Shown here: positions 9,029 to 19,277 of the stretch, piece after piece
Layout: each line of letters begins with the position of its first letter
Position numbering within the stretch: the stretch's first letter is position 1
Source of the DNA: an uncultured Candidatus Saccharibacteria bacterium
GTDB taxonomy: Bacteria; Patescibacteriota; Minisyncoccia; Phycocordibacterales; DATDWN01
DNA: 64,000 bases
Assembly: GCA_964586695.1 (NCBI GenBank)
Contig: CAZPGQ010000003.1
Location: forward strand, 888 to 64,887
Reading direction: 5' to 3'
Made by a program: the position numbers and the translations under genes
Notes under the pieces: model-generated
Told to the model about the DNA's origin: nothing
What the model saw: the letters and a program-made list of their open reading frames with translations, nothing else
Database searches by the model: none

Positions 9029-9787
9029 TTACTGTTTATCAACTGACTTAATAATTTCTACAAAATCTTTTGGTTCCAGACTTTGTCGTCCGATCAAAAA
9101 GCCAGAAACGTTTCCATCTTTTATCAAACTTTCTGCATTAACTTTATCTACCGCACCGCCATAAATAACGCGAACATCTTCACCAACAATACTGTAAGTA
9201 TCCTTTAGAACTTTTTTTATATAAATAGACATCTCATGCAGGTCTCTAGGTTCCATTGCTGACTTTGCACCAATAGCCCAAAGTGGCTCATATGCAATAA
9301 CAATATTTCCAAAAGATTTCTTTGGAACATCCTTTAAGGCTTTTTGAATCTGCTGTTTTATAAAATCAAAATAGTCACCACTTGAATCACGCAGAGACTC
9401 CCCCACACAAATAATAGCTGTCATACCCAGAGAAACAACAGACTGAACTTTTTTATTTACAACTTCATCTGTCTCTCCCATTTTTCTTCTTTCAGAATGA
9501 CCGACGATAACAAATTTTACTTTGAACTGTGGTAACTGGAGATGTCCAACCTCGCCAGTAAAAGGTCCAGCAGTTTCACTATTTGCATTTTGAGCACCAA
9601 GATAGAAACTTCCCTTTGGTGAAGTTGAAAGCGGTGAAAGATAAACAAAAGAAGGACAAACCACAATGTCTGTTCGTCTTATACTCTTCATTGCACGTTT
9701 AATAACACTTACTATCTTTCTACCTTCTTCAAGAGAAGTTGGATTCATTTTCCAATTCCCCACCACAAGTTTCTTTACTTTTTTCAT
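9029..9787 (-). CDS. tpiA: Triosephosphate isomerase
   Basis: GNWKMN, GHSERR, AYEPLWAIG, YGGAV. Confidence 0.96.
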   Translation of the reverse strand: MKKVKKLVVGNWKMNPTSLEEGRKIVSVIKRAMKSIRRTDIVVCPSFVYLSPLSTSPKGSFYLGAQNANSETAGPFTGEVGHLQLPQFKVKFVIVGHSERRKMGETDEVVNKKVQSVVSLGMTAIICVGESLRDSSGDYFDFIKQQIQKALKDVPKKSFGNIVIAYEPLWAIGAKSAMEPRDLHEMSIYIKKVLKDTYSIVGEDVRVIYGGAVDKVNAESLIKDGNVSGFLIGRQSLEPKDFVEIIKSVDKQ

Positions 9788-9820
9788 ACCCATCATTGTA
9801 CCATAACAATATTGGCATTA

Positions 9821-9945
9821 TAAAATTTCATAATCTGGATGAAATTCAAGGCGGAATGAAAAAATGCGAGGAGCCTTACTATAACGTAAGGTGACGAGAA
9901 TTTTTGATATTCCAACGCAGAAGTTCGCCAGATTTGGAATTTTAC
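9821..9945. repeat. Dispersed imperfect palindrome, copy A
   Basis: Core TTCAAGGCGGAATGAAAAAATGCGAGGAGCCTTAC...GTAAGGTGACGAGAATTTTTGA-TTCCAACG is nearly identical to the copy at 32676-32800. Confidence 0.8.
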
Positions 9946-11411
9946 TTCGTTTCGTCCCAGGAGATGGTTTGATATTGATCTGAAGTCAGCGGAAAGCTCG
10001 GTGGAGGTCCATACAGCAAGTTTGCATCATATATAATGTCTCGTTCGTCGTAACCAGTACCGTCTGTATAGGCAAAACCATATCTACCGTTTGATCCTAT
10101 CATTCCATAAAGAGTGAGTTTTGTTCTCTGGTAAGCAGTTCCACAGCTAGAATTATAGTAGTATCTTCCAGCACGACCGTTTTGAGCCACAAGAGCTGCA
10201 TCAATTCTCAATGTGTCCAAACTAGAAAGACCGACATTTATGTTTCCTTGTGAGATTAGTGACAACACATCCTGACCACTGTAGTTTGTATACAAAAGAT
10301 TGTTGTTTACAGTGATGTTTGGTCTTGTTGCTGCATTGTCTGGGAATCTACCGTTTGCAACCGTTATACGTGCACTGTTTATCTGACCCTCTACCCACAA
10401 ATGATCCTCTACAAAGATTAGGCCGTTAACAGGATTTGCATAGTTGCCAATAAGAGTTTGATTTCCATTTCCAGAAGTTCTTATACTCCATGTACCCCAA
10501 CCGGTTTGGTTTTGAACATTACTACAGCCATTTGGTGCAGAAAGTAGGTTATTAACTCTATACAAGTCATAAGTATCGTTTGTTTTAAATACAATTCGAT
10601 AACCTTGAGCACCTGAACTTGGGATGTATTTTCCAGCTGACTGCGCATTGGTTTTTATTTGTGACAAATCTGTCGTCATACCAACAAAATCGACTGCAGG
10701 CACAGGAAATTGTCTGCCAGATTCAAAAACATCTATTCTATTTTGGAGAGTAGAAGGTGGAGCCTCTAACGCACGAAAAGTGTCGCTTATATTACCCCCA
10801 GGCAAAACAACGTGAGTATGAACACCAAACTCATCGTTACCTGTGTGGTCTGGATCATTGTATTTATCCTTTGCGCTGGTAATTATATTGTGAGCTAAAC
10901 CATCAAAACGAATTCCTCCATTAGAATGAATAGGCCCGAAAACTTCTGTTCCCTGTCCAAAACGCATATCTGTGTTCGCAACCACTGCAAATTTTGCTAA
11001 AGAGGGCTTTGCCAACTGAACAGATATGACTCTTGATATTGTAGGATCAGAATCCACCTTTCCTGTTGATTTGATTTTTACCAAAGTAAAACCAAGAGCT
11101 GGAGGGGTTATCTCAAGAGAAAATGTACCTATCTTGATTCCATCTTTGTCATAAAAATCGTGAACATAAGGTCCAGGTGTTGTAGTTGCGTCAGTAAAAT
11201 CAGTTGGACTATGTGCTAAATGCCATCTATAGTAGTCTATCCCTGCTTCTGCTATCTGTAGTGCTTGTTCTCTTTTTAGACCAACCTTTGATGCTTTTAT
11301 ATTTATACCTGCCCAGGCAACAAGTGAACCAATCATCACAACAGAAATGGTTGCAAAAACCAAAGCTTGCACCAATATTGTCCCTGACTGTTTTTTGTTT
11401 TTTTTATTCAT
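9942..11411 (-). CDS. PilX-like minor pilin / pilus assembly protein
   Basis: QSG-TILVQAL hydrophobic N-terminus without Glu5, and ALQIAEAGIDY; located in the pilus operon. Confidence 0.75.
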   Translation of the reverse strand: MNKKNKKQSGTILVQALVFATISVVMIGSLVAWAGINIKASKVGLKREQALQIAEAGIDYYRWHLAHSPTDFTDATTTPGPYVHDFYDKDGIKIGTFSLEITPPALGFTLVKIKSTGKVDSDPTISRVISVQLAKPSLAKFAVVANTDMRFGQGTEVFGPIHSNGGIRFDGLAHNIITSAKDKYNDPDHTGNDEFGVHTHVVLPGGNISDTFRALEAPPSTLQNRIDVFESGRQFPVPAVDFVGMTTDLSQIKTNAQSAGKYIPSSGAQGYRIVFKTNDTYDLYRVNNLLSAPNGCSNVQNQTGWGTWSIRTSGNGNQTLIGNYANPVNGLIFVEDHLWVEGQINSARITVANGRFPDNAATRPNITVNNNLLYTNYSGQDVLSLISQGNINVGLSSLDTLRIDAALVAQNGRAGRYYYNSSCGTAYQRTKLTLYGMIGSNGRYGFAYTDGTGYDERDIIYDANLLYGPPPSFPLTSDQYQTISWDETK

Positions 11412-12031
11412 TAAAGATTATCCTTAAGATTACGAACACTAACTTGAGATGTTGTGATTATACTTATAGGAGATCTGTTTGGATCTTTATCAATTATAAC
11501 AGCAACTTTAACCAAACGTATAGATGAGATATCGACAGGAACAGTAAGCGGTGATGATGTTCCAGCATAACTTGATGGATAGTATTGGAAAAGTGGCAAA
11601 GTAGAACTCGAAACAAAGCCGGAAATAATTGTAGAAAGTTTTTCTTGTGTATCGTCGTAGACTAAGGGACTTCCAGTTGGAGTCACAACTCCTCTTTTTA
11701 GGTTAGTTCCACTTATAAAATATCTAACCTTCTCTCTTATTCCGTTATTATCAACATCAGAATAAAAAATAAGATTTGATGGTGTCGCAGATGCAATAGC
11801 GTACGCTCCCAAAGCACTTGGACCTGCCTCTCGTAATTCTGTAACAATAATTTTAACAACATGTCTTGAATCTATTTCTGCATTTAAGTTTCCCTGCAAA
11901 ACATAGTTGAGAGAGAAGATGTCTCTTGCAAAAGAGCTTATCAATAATGATATAAGCAAAAATATTGAAACTCCTATAATAGTCTCTACAAAAGTAAAAC
12001 CTCCCTTTCTGTTGTTCTTTATATTTTTCAT
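11411..12031 (-). CDS. Prepilin-type (PilW-like) minor pilin
   Basis: Class III signal KGG-FTFVETII. Confidence 0.85.
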   Translation of the reverse strand: MKNIKNNRKGGFTFVETIIGVSIFLLISLLISSFARDIFSLNYVLQGNLNAEIDSRHVVKIIVTELREAGPSALGAYAIASATPSNLIFYSDVDNNGIREKVRYFISGTNLKRGVVTPTGSPLVYDDTQEKLSTIISGFVSSSTLPLFQYYPSSYAGTSSPLTVPVDISSIRLVKVAVIIDKDPNRSPISIITTSQVSVRNLKDNL

Positions 12032-12032
12032 A

Positions 12033-13841
12033 TTAACTAGCTACTAAAGTAACTTCTATTGACTGCCACGATGTATTCAATGGAACATTTATATCCTGAC
12101 TTTGATAACCAGCTTTAGAAAGGTGTAGCATATAGTCACCTGAAGGTAAGCCCTGGTACGAAACTTGTCCTGGAGGAGTACAGAGAGTTGTAAATGTAAA
12201 AGAAATATCTGAAATATTTGGGGTAAAAGCATCTATCGCTGTATCAAAGAATATTTTATACCGTAGGTAACGATTCCCGTTATTAATAGAATTTATATTT
12301 TGATTTGCAACAGTGTAGTAAGTGCCTGCAGTTCCATCTGGTCCTGCAAAATTCCAAGTTGCACCGTCATTGTTTGTAGCTATTTGAACACGTATATCTG
12401 GAGTTCCTGTCTGTATTGGTTGTGCTGTTGGGTTCCAAAATAGTTGTTGGAAGTTAGAAGCTGAACCAGTATCAAATGATGACGATGTTATAACCCCAGA
12501 TAAAACGTAACTTCCTAAAATATTTTTCAACTGAATATCACCAACAGGATCAGAATTTTCTATGTTACCGTCAGAAGAAAGGTACATTGTTGGATCAGTC
12601 GAAGTTGCCTGACCTCCCCCACCAGACCAGTCAGTCTGGCCCATAAAACCTTGTCCTGTTATTTTTGTAACATCAACAGCTCCCCCATTTTCAAGTCTTG
12701 CGGTTACTCCTGATAATGGCAGGCCAGTAAGACCGTCTTTTACTGTAACGAGTAGTGTTCGAGGATTTTTTGGTGAAACTACAAGCTGAACACTTTGATT
12801 ACTGTTTGGTGCTATAGTCACAGGTGATATTGGATTTATCCCTATTAAGTCATACAAAGCATCTATATTTGCAAAAGAATAAATATCCCATTCTATATTG
12901 GCCAAAGTAAGCAAACCACTACCATTTGTTGATTGGTTCTGACTATATTTTAATAAACTAGGTGTACCTATAAGTTTTGAGCCTGATAGTGAAAAGTCCA
13001 TCGAGCCAACAGGAGAACACACATCATCTACTGAACTAATATTAAATGTACTAAGCCTATCGATAACAAAACTTATCTGTGTTACTTGTTGTAAAACTAC
13101 AGTGGCATGAGGTTTTACTGGGTTCGGATTTCCAACACTCACAACAAGCGTTTGATCTGTAGAATAACCAGACTTTGTAACCGTTATTTCATAAGCATTC
13201 ACTCCTGGAGGAGCATCAACCACCTGGAGAAGTCCGCTTGCATTTGTAACATCATCAATAACTATGTTAGGAATAACTTGATTATTTTCTATATGAACAT
13301 TTGCATCAGGAACAGGATTTCCATTTGCATCAAACACTTTTACGAACAATGCTCCGTTTGTAGAAGCCGTCTCAAGATTCTTTGGGGCTACTCTTGTAGT
13401 AACAATCATTTCTGGGAAATTCACCCTGCAGTCAGTACAGGTTATATCTATCTCAACTAATTTAAAATCCGCAGGAGAAAGATCGTTTGGCGAACCTCCC
13501 AAAGTTCCATCGAACGGATCATCAACATTTCTAACCGTTGTAGTTACAGTATATGTGTATTTATCTCTATTTATTGTCTGAATATGATCAAGTTTACCTC
13601 TAGGAATACCACTCAGAATACCCACGTCAGAATAAGGAAGGTTTCTAACAATTTCTAGTTGCTCATTTATAATACTTATTGCTTCTATCTTTGCGCGACT
13701 AGCATACACAACGTCAAAAATACCGCGATATGCGTTGTAAACAGAAATGATTATAAAAGCAAAAACTGCTACACCAACAATCAGCTCAACAAATGTAAAA
13801 CCTTTATTTGTTTTTATTTTGCTTTTATTATTTTTAAACAT
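12033..13841 (-). CDS. Large prepilin-type protein with carboxypeptidase-regulatory-like beta domains
   Basis: KG-FTFVELIV; VKVFDANGNPVPDANV...YEITVTKSGY, with a second similar repeat. Confidence 0.82.
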   Translation of the reverse strand: MFKNNKSKIKTNKGFTFVELIVGVAVFAFIIISVYNAYRGIFDVVYASRAKIEAISIINEQLEIVRNLPYSDVGILSGIPRGKLDHIQTINRDKYTYTVTTTVRNVDDPFDGTLGGSPNDLSPADFKLVEIDITCTDCRVNFPEMIVTTRVAPKNLETASTNGALFVKVFDANGNPVPDANVHIENNQVIPNIVIDDVTNASGLLQVVDAPPGVNAYEITVTKSGYSTDQTLVVSVGNPNPVKPHATVVLQQVTQISFVIDRLSTFNISSVDDVCSPVGSMDFSLSGSKLIGTPSLLKYSQNQSTNGSGLLTLANIEWDIYSFANIDALYDLIGINPISPVTIAPNSNQSVQLVVSPKNPRTLLVTVKDGLTGLPLSGVTARLENGGAVDVTKITGQGFMGQTDWSGGGGQATSTDPTMYLSSDGNIENSDPVGDIQLKNILGSYVLSGVITSSSFDTGSASNFQQLFWNPTAQPIQTGTPDIRVQIATNNDGATWNFAGPDGTAGTYYTVANQNINSINNGNRYLRYKIFFDTAIDAFTPNISDISFTFTTLCTPPGQVSYQGLPSGDYMLHLSKAGYQSQDINVPLNTSWQSIEVTLVAS

Positions 13842-13847
13842 TTTATT

Positions 13848-15068
13848 TTAGAGAGCATCCGCAAGACTGTATGTAGGACCCAACATAGAGATAGCAAAGA
13901 ATCCTACAGCAACACCGATAAAAATCATAAGTATAGGTTCTATTATCGATGACATATCCTTTGTCTTTTGATCCACTTCGTCTTCATAAAAAACAGCTAC
14001 AGAAAGAAGCATCTCCCCTATCTTTCCCGTTTCTTCTCCCACAGAAACCATCTCTCCCACGAATATCGGGTATAGATCATTGTATCTAGAAAACACTCCG
14101 GATATTTGATCTCCTCTTTGAATTGTTGACTGGATCTCATCCAAAACTTCTTTATAGTAATGGTTTTGAATAACATCTTTTGTTACCCCAATAGCCACAA
14201 CAATATCTACTCCAGAAGAAAGAAGAGAGGAAAGTGTTCTTGCTGTTCTGGCTGAATTAACCTGCTTTACGATTTCACCTATAACTGGCACTTTTATTGC
14301 AACAGTGTCTACAACTTTCTTTCCTGATGCAGTTCTTATCCACCAAACAAAACCAGTTACAAACAGAGCTGTGCCAACAATAATATATGGGAAATAATTT
14401 TTTAGCGCGTCACTAACAGCAATTATCATTCTAGTAGAAAGTGGTAGTTTTACACCTAGACCAACAAAAGTAGATGTCAGAGTTGGCACCATGTAGACCA
14501 TCATCAGAACTCCAATAACAGCCATCAATGAAAAAATAACAGCTGGGTACATCAGAGCACCTCTTATCTTTCTCGTTAATTGATACGACTTCTCCATCTG
14601 AATACCAACATTGTTTAATGCCATTGATAGATTTCCAGACTCTTCACCAGCTCTAACCATAGAAACAAACAGTGTAGAAAAGACATCTGGATAAGCTTTC
14701 ATTGAGTCACTAAATGTATTTCCTTTTGAGATTGAGTCACCCAATTCACCTATAATTTTTTTGAATTTGCCTTTAGACTGTCTCTCTATAATAGAAAGGC
14801 CTCTGGTTACAGGAAGTCCTGCATCAATCATCTTTGAAAGATTTTTTGCAAAAGTGATTTTGTCGTGAGCTTTTACTCTACTTAAAAAAGGTAGGTCTAT
14901 GTTACTGCTAAAACTGATTCCCTTTTCTGCACCAACTTCTTCGACAGATACAACAGTGCTACCGTCCTGTTTTATAGAATGATACAAAGCAAACTTGTCC
15001 TTTGCCTCCATCTCTCCCTCTTTCACCTTTCCTTCAGGATCTAAAATTTTATATTTAAATATAGCCAT
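13848..15068 (-). CDS. pilC: Type IV pilus platform protein PilC / T2SS GspF
   Basis: AGEESGNL, ALMYP, VGEETG, IEPILM. Confidence 0.93.
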   Translation of the reverse strand: MAIFKYKILDPEGKVKEGEMEAKDKFALYHSIKQDGSTVVSVEEVGAEKGISFSSNIDLPFLSRVKAHDKITFAKNLSKMIDAGLPVTRGLSIIERQSKGKFKKIIGELGDSISKGNTFSDSMKAYPDVFSTLFVSMVRAGEESGNLSMALNNVGIQMEKSYQLTRKIRGALMYPAVIFSLMAVIGVLMMVYMVPTLTSTFVGLGVKLPLSTRMIIAVSDALKNYFPYIIVGTALFVTGFVWWIRTASGKKVVDTVAIKVPVIGEIVKQVNSARTARTLSSLLSSGVDIVVAIGVTKDVIQNHYYKEVLDEIQSTIQRGDQISGVFSRYNDLYPIFVGEMVSVGEETGKIGEMLLSVAVFYEDEVDQKTKDMSSIIEPILMIFIGVAVGFFAISMLGPTYSLADAL

Positions 15069-15069
15069 A

Positions 15070-16821
15070 TTATTCAGAAATAACTCTTAATACTTCTTCT
15101 ATTGTTGTGTAACCTTGAACTGCTTGGAAAATACCATCTTCTATCATAGTTAACATTCCCTCTTGTTCAGCTATCTTTTGGATTTCGTCAGCATTTCCAG
15201 ATTTCAAAATTGCTTCCTTGATTGCAGGAGAAACTTTTAATATCTCATGAATACCAGATCTCCCAGAAAAACCTTCTTCTACTGAAACATCTTTCTTCAC
15301 TCTCCAAAATGGAACTTTTTCCCAATCATCAGACTTACCAACTACTTTTTCTTCCTTTAATGCTTCTAGAACTTTATCTAGATTTATAGATTTACCCAGA
15401 GTGTTTATTTCTGCTTTTGTTAAAAAGTACTTTTCCTTTTGATCAGTTAGTTTTCTAACCAATCTCTGACCAATGATAATATTTACAGTAGAAACAATAA
15501 GGAAAGGCTCGACTTTCATATCTATAAGTCTTGGTATAGCACCTGCAGATGAGTTTGTGTGGAGTGTTGAAAGTACAACGTGACCTGTAAGCGACGCGTT
15601 AACAGCAAGAGACGCTGTTTCGTTATCTCGAATTTCTCCCACCATAATAATATCTGGGTCTTGTCGCACCAAAGTTCGGAGTCCAGAAACGAAAGAGAAT
15701 CCTATTTCTGGTCTAACCTGTGTCTGATTAACTCTTTTCATCTGGTACTCAATAGGGTCTTCAATAGTAGAAATGTTCACGTCTGGTGTATTCAATATAT
15801 CCAAAATTGTATAAAGAGTTGTAGTCTTTCCTGAGCCTGTTGGACCTGTAGCAAGTATCATTCCTGTTGTAGACTTCAAGGCCGTGTGGATTCTTTCAAG
15901 ACCTGTTCCATGAAATGACAGACCCTCTAGAGTAAAACCAGATACACTATCTCGCAAAAGTCGCATCACAATTTTCTCTCCGTAGTATGTTGGCAGTGTA
16001 GAAACACGAAAAGAAACTTTCTCTCCATCAGAATCTATTTTGAAACGACCGTCTTGAGGCAGTCTTTTTTCATCCAACTTTAGAGATGAAAGAACTTTTA
16101 TACGCGCAGCAATACTTGGTGCCATATTCTTTGGCAGAATCATGGCGTCATGCAAAAGTCCGTCGATTCTGTATCGAACAAGCAACTGCAACTCCTGAGG
16201 TTCTATATGAATATCGGATGCGTTTTGCAAAATTGCGTGTTTCAAAAGCGTATCAACGATACGAATCATAGGAACATCATCAGCTAATTTCTTCAAATCA
16301 GCTTCGTTCATTTCATCCAACTTGTCGTCAGGAATACTTTTTATCTGACCAACATCTTCTGCAATAAGATCGCCGAATTCTGCTTTCAAACTTTTCTGGT
16401 ATTGCAAAATAGCACTCTTCATTGAATCAGCATCAGTAAGTCGAGGAAGGATTTTCAAACCAACTTTCTTTTTTACGAAATCAATAGCTGTTAAGTCCTC
16501 TGTATCAAGCATGGCAACCTCCAAAGTGTCGTTTGTCTTTTTAAAAGCTACGATGTTGTGGTTTCTTGCAATAGGTTCTGGAATAAGAGAAAGAACTTCA
16601 AAAGGGAGTTTCTCCCCTTTCAAATCAACAAAAGGAATCCCAAGAATGTATGCTTGCATTCGTCGCAAGTCGTCTTCTGTAAGCTTTCCTTTATTAACCA
16701 AAATTTTACCCAAGTTCCCCGCTGTTTCTTTGGCTTCTTTTTCAGCGGATTCCAAATCTGCGCGAGAAACTAGACCAGAGTCTAAAATAAAATTCTTTAA
16801 TTGTGATTCTTCAATGTGCAT
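15070..16821 (-). CDS. pilB: Type IV pilus assembly ATPase PilB / GspE
   Basis: ASDIHIEP, RLPQDGR, GPTGSGKTTT, EDPIE, RQDPDIIMVGEIRD, TGHVVLSTLHTN. Confidence 0.95.
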   Translation of the reverse strand: MHIEESQLKNFILDSGLVSRADLESAEKEAKETAGNLGKILVNKGKLTEDDLRRMQAYILGIPFVDLKGEKLPFEVLSLIPEPIARNHNIVAFKKTNDTLEVAMLDTEDLTAIDFVKKKVGLKILPRLTDADSMKSAILQYQKSLKAEFGDLIAEDVGQIKSIPDDKLDEMNEADLKKLADDVPMIRIVDTLLKHAILQNASDIHIEPQELQLLVRYRIDGLLHDAMILPKNMAPSIAARIKVLSSLKLDEKRLPQDGRFKIDSDGEKVSFRVSTLPTYYGEKIVMRLLRDSVSGFTLEGLSFHGTGLERIHTALKSTTGMILATGPTGSGKTTTLYTILDILNTPDVNISTIEDPIEYQMKRVNQTQVRPEIGFSFVSGLRTLVRQDPDIIMVGEIRDNETASLAVNASLTGHVVLSTLHTNSSAGAIPRLIDMKVEPFLIVSTVNIIIGQRLVRKLTDQKEKYFLTKAEINTLGKSINLDKVLEALKEEKVVGKSDDWEKVPFWRVKKDVSVEEGFSGRSGIHEILKVSPAIKEAILKSGNADEIQKIAEQEGMLTMIEDGIFQAVQGYTTIEEVLRVISE

Positions 16822-16947
16822 AAGAGTAATTTGTTTTTAAATTATATCACGTGCTCACAAATAATTTCTATTTAAATATGTTAATAAGAATTTCAGTTAT
16901 CTTTTTTACAAAAGAAATTGCATCTTAGAATGTTAAAAATGGACTAT

Positions 16948-17015
16948 TTGACAAATAAATTGGTTACTGCTATTATTATTGTATTGAAGTTCGCCTCACG
17001 GCGGGCCATTTTTTT
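16948..17015 (+). promoter_or_regulatory. nusA promoter and leader attenuator hairpin
   Basis: TTGACA-17-TATTAT, then GTTCGCC-tcac-GGCGGGC and a T7 run ahead of nusA. Confidence 0.55.
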
Positions 17016-17078
17016 ACCAGATTTTCAAGAGATAGGGTAAAATAATAAATAGATTAAAAATTTGTAACAATAAACAAT

Positions 17079-18218
17079 ATGATGGACTTAAAAGTGATAA
17101 ACAGTGTTCTAGCCCAGCTAGAAGAAGAGCGTGGCATACCTCAAGCAAAAATAATTGAGGCTATTGAACTTGCACTAGCTACTGCATATAAGAAAGAGTA
17201 CGGAAAGAAAGGACAAATCGTACGTGCAAAATTTGACTTGAATTCAGGCAAAACTGAAATGTTTCAGGTTAAAATTGTCGTAGATGAGTCAACTATAGTA
17301 ATGAATGAGGATGAAATTCCTCTAGAACTAAAGGAAGGTGAAGTGGAAATCGAGCTTTATAACCCAGAGAAGCACATAATGATAAGTGACGCTCGAAGAA
17401 TCAAAAAAGACGTAAAACTTGGCGATGAAATGGTTTTCCCTCTAGAAGGACAGGATGACTATAGTAGAATCGCTGCTCAGACTGCAAAGCAGGTTATTAT
17501 GCAGAAAATCCGAGAAGCAGAGAAAACTCATATTATTAGTGAATTTGGAAAGAAAGAAGGTGAAATCGTCTCTGGAACAGTCCAAAGAATGGAAAGAGGT
17601 AACATATTTATAGATATGGGCAGAGCTCCAGGCATACTTCCTTATGAGGAACAAATCCCAGGAGAGAGATTTGGCCAAGGAGAAAGAATTCGAGCATACC
17701 TATATAAAGTAGAAGAGTCTGGAAAGGGTGTGTTCCTACGACTTTCTCGAAGTCATCCAAAATTCCTTGAAAAATTGTTTGAAACAGAGGCTCCAGAGAT
17801 AGCAAACGGCTCAGTTATAGTAAAATCTATTGCTCGAGAAGCTGGTTCTAGAACAAAAATAGCTGTTTCTTCAAAGGATTCACATATTGACCCTGTTGGA
17901 TCAATGGTTGGACAGCGAGGAGTGCGTGTTTCTACAGTTATGTCAGAGCTAGGAGGTGAAAAAATCGATATTATAGAGTGGTCAGAGGATCCAAAGAAGT
18001 TCATCGAAGATGCTCTATCCCCTGCAAAAACTATTGATGTGAAGATTAATGAGGCAGAAAAACAAGCAACTGTTACTGTTTCTGAAGACCAGCAGTCACT
18101 GGCTATTGGAAAAGGAGGACAAAACGTTCGACTAGCCGCAAAACTAACAGGCTGGAAAATAGATATTCAGTCAGCAGGTGGAAATACTGAAGCAGTTGAA
18201 AGTGAGAAGGTAGAATAA
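17079..18218 (+). CDS. nusA: Transcription termination/antitermination factor NusA
   Basis: RIAAQTAKQ, AREAGSRTKIAV, GEKIDII, SLAIGKGGQNVRLAAKLTGWKIDI. Confidence 0.97.
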   Translation: MMDLKVINSVLAQLEEERGIPQAKIIEAIELALATAYKKEYGKKGQIVRAKFDLNSGKTEMFQVKIVVDESTIVMNEDEIPLELKEGEVEIELYNPEKHIMISDARRIKKDVKLGDEMVFPLEGQDDYSRIAAQTAKQVIMQKIREAEKTHIISEFGKKEGEIVSGTVQRMERGNIFIDMGRAPGILPYEEQIPGERFGQGERIRAYLYKVEESGKGVFLRLSRSHPKFLEKLFETEAPEIANGSVIVKSIAREAGSRTKIAVSSKDSHIDPVGSMVGQRGVRVSTVMSELGGEKIDIIEWSEDPKKFIEDALSPAKTIDVKINEAEKQATVTVSEDQQSLAIGKGGQNVRLAAKLTGWKIDIQSAGGNTEAVESEKVE

Positions 18219-18228
18219 ATAATAATTA

Positions 18229-18260
18229 AATAAAAACCCGAGATTATCTCGGGTTTTTAT
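18229..18260. terminator. Bidirectional terminator
   Basis: AATAAAAACCCGAGA-ttA-TCTCGGGTTTTTAT between convergent nusA and ppaC. Confidence 0.8.
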
Positions 18261-19184
18261 TTATGGAAGTTTTAGCGCTGGGGCAATCTGCTTCTTTCTA
18301 GATAGAATTCCTGGAAGGACCTTTGTATCACCATCAATTGAGACACCGAAAGATGTTTCTACTAATTTTTTAGTAAAATCGTTATACGTGAGAACAATTG
18401 CCTCTTCCTTAAAAATATCAATAACAAAAACTAGAACATCATCTGTATCTGGTTCTTGAGACAGTATCTCAGCTATAGCAGATACAAGACCTGACTTTCT
18501 TTCCAATATTGGTGCTGTATCAGTAGTTTCCACCACAGAAATTCTCACTGTTTTATCTCCAACATCAAATTTCTTACTATCGAGATGAAGTAGTCCGATG
18601 TCTGTAAAGTCTGAAACATCTGATTTTGCCTTAAACATCTCATTTGCATATGACTGAATGTCTACATCAAGCTGTTTTGCCAACTTTTCTGCAATATATT
18701 TGTCGTGAGCTGTTGTTGTTGGTGATCTGAAAGCTAAAGTGTCAGATAAAATACATGAAAGCATTATTCCAGCAATATTGTTAGGTAAACTATTGGCAAC
18801 ATCACCGATCAAATCATGGATAACAGAAGCAGTTGATGCCAAAGGTCTCAATGTAACTTCAATTGGGCCTTTTGTCTCCAACCCTCCAAATAACTTGTGA
18901 TGGTCTATTATTTTTAAAATATTTGCGTCCAAAATGTTTGGAAATAGTTCCTGAGGGTTATTTGTGTCCACAATAACAACATCATCGCCAGCATCTATAG
19001 AAGACAAAAGATCTGGTTCAGAAAAACCCCATCTATTTAACACAAAAGATGTTTCTTTATTCAACGCACCAAGCACATACGGTCTAGATTCTACTCCCCC
19101 GTGTGTATTCATATACCAAGACCACAGGATCGCACACCCTGTTGCATCTGTATCTGGAGACATGTGTGAAAATACTTTTATCAT
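18261..19184 (-). CDS. ppaC: Mn-dependent inorganic pyrophosphatase (DHH family II)
   Basis: HMSPDTDA, IDHH, ILSDTL, SPTTT, SRKKQ. Confidence 0.93.
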   Translation of the reverse strand: MIKVFSHMSPDTDATGCAILWSWYMNTHGGVESRPYVLGALNKETSFVLNRWGFSEPDLLSSIDAGDDVVIVDTNNPQELFPNILDANILKIIDHHKLFGGLETKGPIEVTLRPLASTASVIHDLIGDVANSLPNNIAGIMLSCILSDTLAFRSPTTTAHDKYIAEKLAKQLDVDIQSYANEMFKAKSDVSDFTDIGLLHLDSKKFDVGDKTVRISVVETTDTAPILERKSGLVSAIAEILSQEPDTDDVLVFVIDIFKEEAIVLTYNDFTKKLVETSFGVSIDGDTKVLPGILSRKKQIAPALKLP

Positions 19185-19277
19185 GATTAGCATAATACAG
19201 TATTGTATTTCAAAATCAAATTGCTAGAGTGCAGTGCTATTGATATAATATTCTCATTAACAAAAATTATTTTAAGT

